Part shown: piece after piece, positions 60,269-64,000 of the stretch
How positions within the stretch are numbered: the stretch's first letter is position 1
Layout: the number at the start of each line of letters is the position of its first letter
Assembly (NCBI GenBank): GCA_963778115.1
Contig: CAVZSV010000004.1
Location: 1,984,001-2,048,000 of the forward strand
From: an uncultured delta proteobacterium
GTDB taxonomy: Bacteria > Bdellovibrionota > FAC87 > UBA2466
DNA: 64,000 bases
Direction: 5' to 3'
The notes under the pieces: generated by a model
Told to the model about the DNA's origin: nothing
What the model saw: only the letters and a program-made list of their open reading frames with translations
The model's database searches: none
Made by a program: the position numbers and the translations under genes

Positions 60269-61851
60269 AATTTACGGAAACGTCGGCGATTCGCTTTAAG
60301 TATCCCAACAGATCAAGATGCACCGAAGTGGTATCCAACGTCTCTTTGACACCTTTATGTAGACGCTGCACGTGCTGCTCGCTGAGGTCCAACATCATGT
60401 CCTCGATCTGCTGGTGCTGAATAATTATCTTGGCGTAAAGAGTTCTTCCGCCAGAGGTAAAATACGCCGTGGACAAGCGTAAACACTCAACCACTTTGGC
60501 ATGAAACGAAGTGATCTCTCGCCAGCCCTCACGAGAGAACGAATACCCCTTCTTCTTGCTCTTTCTGACCAGTTCGAGAATATTTTTATCGACGATATCC
60601 CCTATATTTTCTAAATCATTAGTTCGTAGCAATAACTCAAACTCTTTCTGAACCTGTTCAGGCGTCATTTCATTCTGTGAAAGCTTGGTAAGATAGAGCT
60701 TAATTCCACGGTTCAAGTAATCGACGACTTGATCCATGGCTTTCAACGACTCGATTTCTTTCTGTTCGCCGGATCCAAAAAGATGAATGCACCGCTCGAG
60801 CATTTGTTCCACGGTGTCAGCAAGGCGTAACGTTTCTCTCTGCGCCTGAGCCAGAGCCAGTTCTGGCGTATCCAAGGAACGGGGATCCAAATAATGAAAA
60901 TTAAACGGACCGTCGCCAGTCTTATCAGGGACCAACTTCCTAACTATCCTCACCCCCAATGGGATGAACGGAAAGAAGATGACAGCGACAAAAATGTTAA
61001 ACAAGGTATGAGTGTGGGCGATTTGTCGGGAGATGTCAGGACCGGCAAAGTGTACCGCCACGATGGCCAGATACTTGGCAAAGGGATAACAGATCGCGAC
61101 TCCGACCGCTTTACTCAGGAGATTGGCTAAAGCTGCTTGTTTGCCTTGAACCCCTCCTTTCAAACTCGCAAAATAGGCGGTAGTCGTCGTGCCGAGATTG
61201 GCGCCCAATACCCATGGAATCGCCTCCATAATAGTGCCGTTGCGGGCAATCATCAGCGACATGACAAAGGCGATGGTCGCCGAACTACTTTTAATCAGTG
61301 ACGTTAGGGCAGCACTGATAAAGAGCGATACGATAGGCCGGTCCTTAAAATAGTTAATAACGAATTGGAAAAGTTCGTTGGTCTCAAGTGCTTGCCCCGC
61401 TGAAACTAGTATCCCCATGGAAAAGAAGAGAAGACCGAGAAACAAAAAGATCCGTGAAATATGGTAGGACCGATCGGTATCGGAAAACGATCCCAAAAAC
61501 ACTCCGGCGGCCACGATGAGCAAACCATATTCCAGAACGTGGAAGGCGAATAATTGAACGATAAAGGTGGTGCCGACCGCGGCCCCCAACATCACGGAAA
61601 AGACTTGATCTCAGGGTCAAGAGCTGGGCACTGGTTAGGCCCACAAGCATAACCGTGACGGCACTACTGCTACTTAGGAGGAGGGAAAGAAAAATCCCAA
61701 GAAGAATTCCCGTGAACCGATTATCGGCGAATGCATTGATCCAGACCCTTAGTCTCGAGCCTGCCAGGTATTGGACATGGTGAGACAGCTCGTCTATCGA
61801 ATAGACGAGGATCGCCGATCCTCCCAATAGGTTCATTAATTCTGGACTCAC
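60225..61851 (-). pseudogene. Na/Pi cotransporter (NptA/YjbB-like with PhoU domain), frameshifted near 61608
   Basis: N-terminus in ORF 61384-61851 (SSSAVTVMLVGL) and remainder in ORF 60225-61595 (GAAVGTT, GANLGTT); removing one base restores LTLRQVFSVMLGA. Confidence 0.75.
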
Positions 61852-61880
61852 CTAAACTCCCTGTAAAAGGAACGTCGCTA

Positions 61881-63026
61881 TTACCCTAAGATAGCGCTAA
61901 CAAATTGATCGGGCTCAAAAGGAATGAGATCCTCCATCGACTCGCCTACCCCGATATAGCGGACCGGCAATTCCAACTCCGAGCTGACTGCCAACATCGC
62001 GCCCCCCTTTGCAGTGCCATCCAGTTTGGTAACTATGACACCCGTCAAATCGAGAGCTTTTTTAAACTCTTTAGCCTGTTGGATCGAATTTTGCCCCAAT
62101 GTCCCGTCGAGAATAAGCCAAACTTCGTGAGGAGCCTCGGGAATCACTTTTTTCAAAACCCTATCCACTTTCTTAAGCTCGTCCATCAGGCTCGATTTGG
62201 TATGTAAGCGACCCGCGGTGTCGAGCAGAACGACATCAACCTCGCGAGCCTTTGCCGCGGTCGCGGCATCGAAAGCGACAGCACCCGGATCGGCGCCTTC
62301 ACGACCTGTCACAAATTGAGTTCCCACCCGGTCTGACCAGATTTTCAACTGGGAAATGGCGGCCGCCCTGAATGTATCGCCAGCTCCTAGGAGGACAGAC
62401 TTTCCTTGAGACTTAAAATGGTGTGCCAGCTTTCCTATCGTGGTCGTCTTTCCAACGCCATTGACGCCCACAATCTCGATGACATAGGGTTTCGGCTTTC
62501 CGGTGAGGTCAAAGGGATTGCTTTCGCTCTTTGCCAGTAAACGCCGGCTCTCTTCGAGCACCAAAGTCCGGATCGACTCGCCTTTCTGACTTTCTTTCAT
62601 TCTTTCGCGAACCCGATTCAATAGCGCGGTCGTCGTGGTAATCCCCACGTCGGCCCCTAAGAACGCCTCTTCCACCGACTCCCATTCCTGGGCCTGAAGC
62701 TCTCTCTCCCCAGGCCCTTTCAGGTTAAAAAGCCCTTCGATCTTGCCTAGGAATGAGTTGCGCGTCTTCGATAACTTTTGAGCTAACCTGCGAGTACTTT
62801 GTTCTTCTTTACTCAGAGCGGTGGGAACAGGTGCCGGCTCAACCTTTGACTCTACTTTTGACTCTAGAGGCGGAACGACCGCCTTCGGTTTCAGTATGGC
62901 TTGGGTTTCAGAGGGTCTCTCAGCGCCCGGTAACGAACGACGTCGTTTTCTTACCACTACCAGCAACAAAACGATGACCACTACCGCTGCTACCACAATC
63001 GCTATAAGAGTCCCTGTTTCCATCAA
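61881..63026 (-). CDS. ftsY: SRP receptor FtsY with N-terminal TM anchor
   Basis: GVNGVGKTTT, DTFRAAA, DTAGR, TKLDGTAKGG. Confidence 0.96.
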   Translation of the reverse strand: MMETGTLIAIVVAAVVVIVLLLVVVRKRRRSLPGAERPSETQAILKPKAVVPPLESKVESKVEPAPVPTALSKEEQSTRRLAQKLSKTRNSFLGKIEGLFNLKGPGERELQAQEWESVEEAFLGADVGITTTTALLNRVRERMKESQKGESIRTLVLEESRRLLAKSESNPFDLTGKPKPYVIEIVGVNGVGKTTTIGKLAHHFKSQGKSVLLGAGDTFRAAAISQLKIWSDRVGTQFVTGREGADPGAVAFDAATAAKAREVDVVLLDTAGRLHTKSSLMDELKKVDRVLKKVIPEAPHEVWLILDGTLGQNSIQQAKEFKKALDLTGVIVTKLDGTAKGGAMLAVSSELELPVRYIGVGESMEDLIPFEPDQFVSAILG

Positions 63027-63064
63027 ATCTGTTTACCTTAGCGGACTAGGAATGAGAACTCCCT

Positions 63065-64000
63065 TCATGATGCTAATGGTATTTCTGGTTCTTGACTGCT
63101 CTCAGGCGCAATCGCTTCCGCGATGGGGACAGGGGGCGGACTGGAGACCTCTAGACTCTCCAAATAGCGGTAGATAGTCCTAGGATGAACGCCCAAAAGA
63201 CGTGCTGCCAGCTTTTTGTCTCCTTTGGTCGTTCGCAAGGTTTCTTCCATTAACATTCTTTCCACCTGTTTGAGTGGAATCCCAACGGGGACCACTACCG
63301 ATTTCTCCCGAGGCCTCCCGCCAATTTCCGGAGGCAAATCGTCGATGCCGATAACACCGGTGCGGTTGAGGACCACAAAGCGTTCGATCAAATTCTGAAG
63401 TTCTCTTATATTTCCTGGCCAAGCATACGCGGTTAAACACTCCAGTGCATCTGAGTGTAATAGCGGGGTAGGCCTTCCATTCTTCTTGGCAGAATCTTCA
63501 ATAAATCTTTGCGCCAAGATAGGAATATCTTCCGACCTGTCCCTTAAGGGAGGGACCAAAATATGGACTACATTGAGACGGTAATAGAGATCCTCTCTCA
63601 TCCGCCCCTCTTGAATGGCACGCTTTAAGTCCGTATTCGTCGCACTGATTACTCTGGTGCTCACTTTCAAAGTTTCGTTGCTACCCAGTCGTTCAAATTC
63701 GCCTTCTTGTAAAAATCGTAATAGTTTGGTTTGAAAAGTAAGCGGAGCAATTCCTACCTCATCGAGGAAAAGAGTCCCTTCTTGCGCCAGTTCTATCCTT
63801 CCCTTTTTTCGTTTGGTGGCGCCCGTAAAAGCACCCGGCTCATAACCAAATAACTCGGCTTCTAGAAGATTATCGGGAATCGCAGTGCAATTGATCTTTA
63901 CGAAGATTCCACTCTGCCTGTCACTGTTTCGATGCAGATACTCGGCAAGTACTCCCTTACCAGTGCCGCTTTCGCCTTCGATAAGAACATTAGCTCTGCT
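63065..64000 (-). CDS. Sigma54-dependent enhancer-binding protein (NtrC/Fis family), 5' end beyond window
   Basis: Manual translation gives GESGTGK, ELFGYEPGAFTGA, LFLDE; ORF track gives REDLYYRLNV, WPGNIREL and a C-terminal HTH. Confidence 0.93.
   Translation of the reverse strand, partial: SRANVLIEGESGTGKGVLAEYLHRNSDRQSGIFVKINCTAIPDNLLEAELFGYEPGAFTGATKRKKGRIELAQEGTLFLDEVGIAPLTFQTKLLRFLQEGEFERLGSNETLKVSTRVISATNTDLKRAIQEGRMREDLYYRLNVVHILVPPLRDRSEDIPILAQRFIEDSAKKNGRPTPLLHSDALECLTAYAWPGNIRELQNLIERFVVLNRTGVIGIDDLPPEIGGRPREKSVVVPVGIPLKQVERMLMEETLRTTKGDKKLAARLLGVHPRTIYRYLESLEVSSPPPVPIAEAIAPESSQEPEIPLAS

Overview
Core-chromosome segment of a ~50% GC diderm bacterium. Gene content and style (topoisomerase VI, tandem lspA, GYF/TPR protein, HD-GYP, GldAFG-like ABC, RRM protein) suggest Bdellovibrionota or a related former deltaproteobacterium; this is inference. 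It is mostly housekeeping: gltA, proC, hldD, rnj, metK, lon-clpX-clpP-tig, rho, csp, ftsK-lolA-yajQ-rimO, lptF, rarA, pcm, tsaB, nadK, serS, ftsY and tRNA-Val(TAC). I found no CRISPR array, prophage, integrase or transposase. Most notable: (1) an unannotated ~200-nt multi-hairpin RNA candidate with its own terminator between pcm and tsaB; (2) an archaeal-type Topo VI B/A operon; (3) a putative sigma54-driven secreted protein with an HExxGH motif, downstream of a perfect 31-bp inverted repeat; (4) a tandem hairpin array in the serS leader; (5) two copies of a ~125-bp palindromic dispersed element; (6) candidate sigma28 promoters before an HD-GYP gene, ftsK and a doubly anchored LysM protein; (7) a frameshifted Na/Pi cotransporter. 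All calls were made by eye from motifs; no searches were run.
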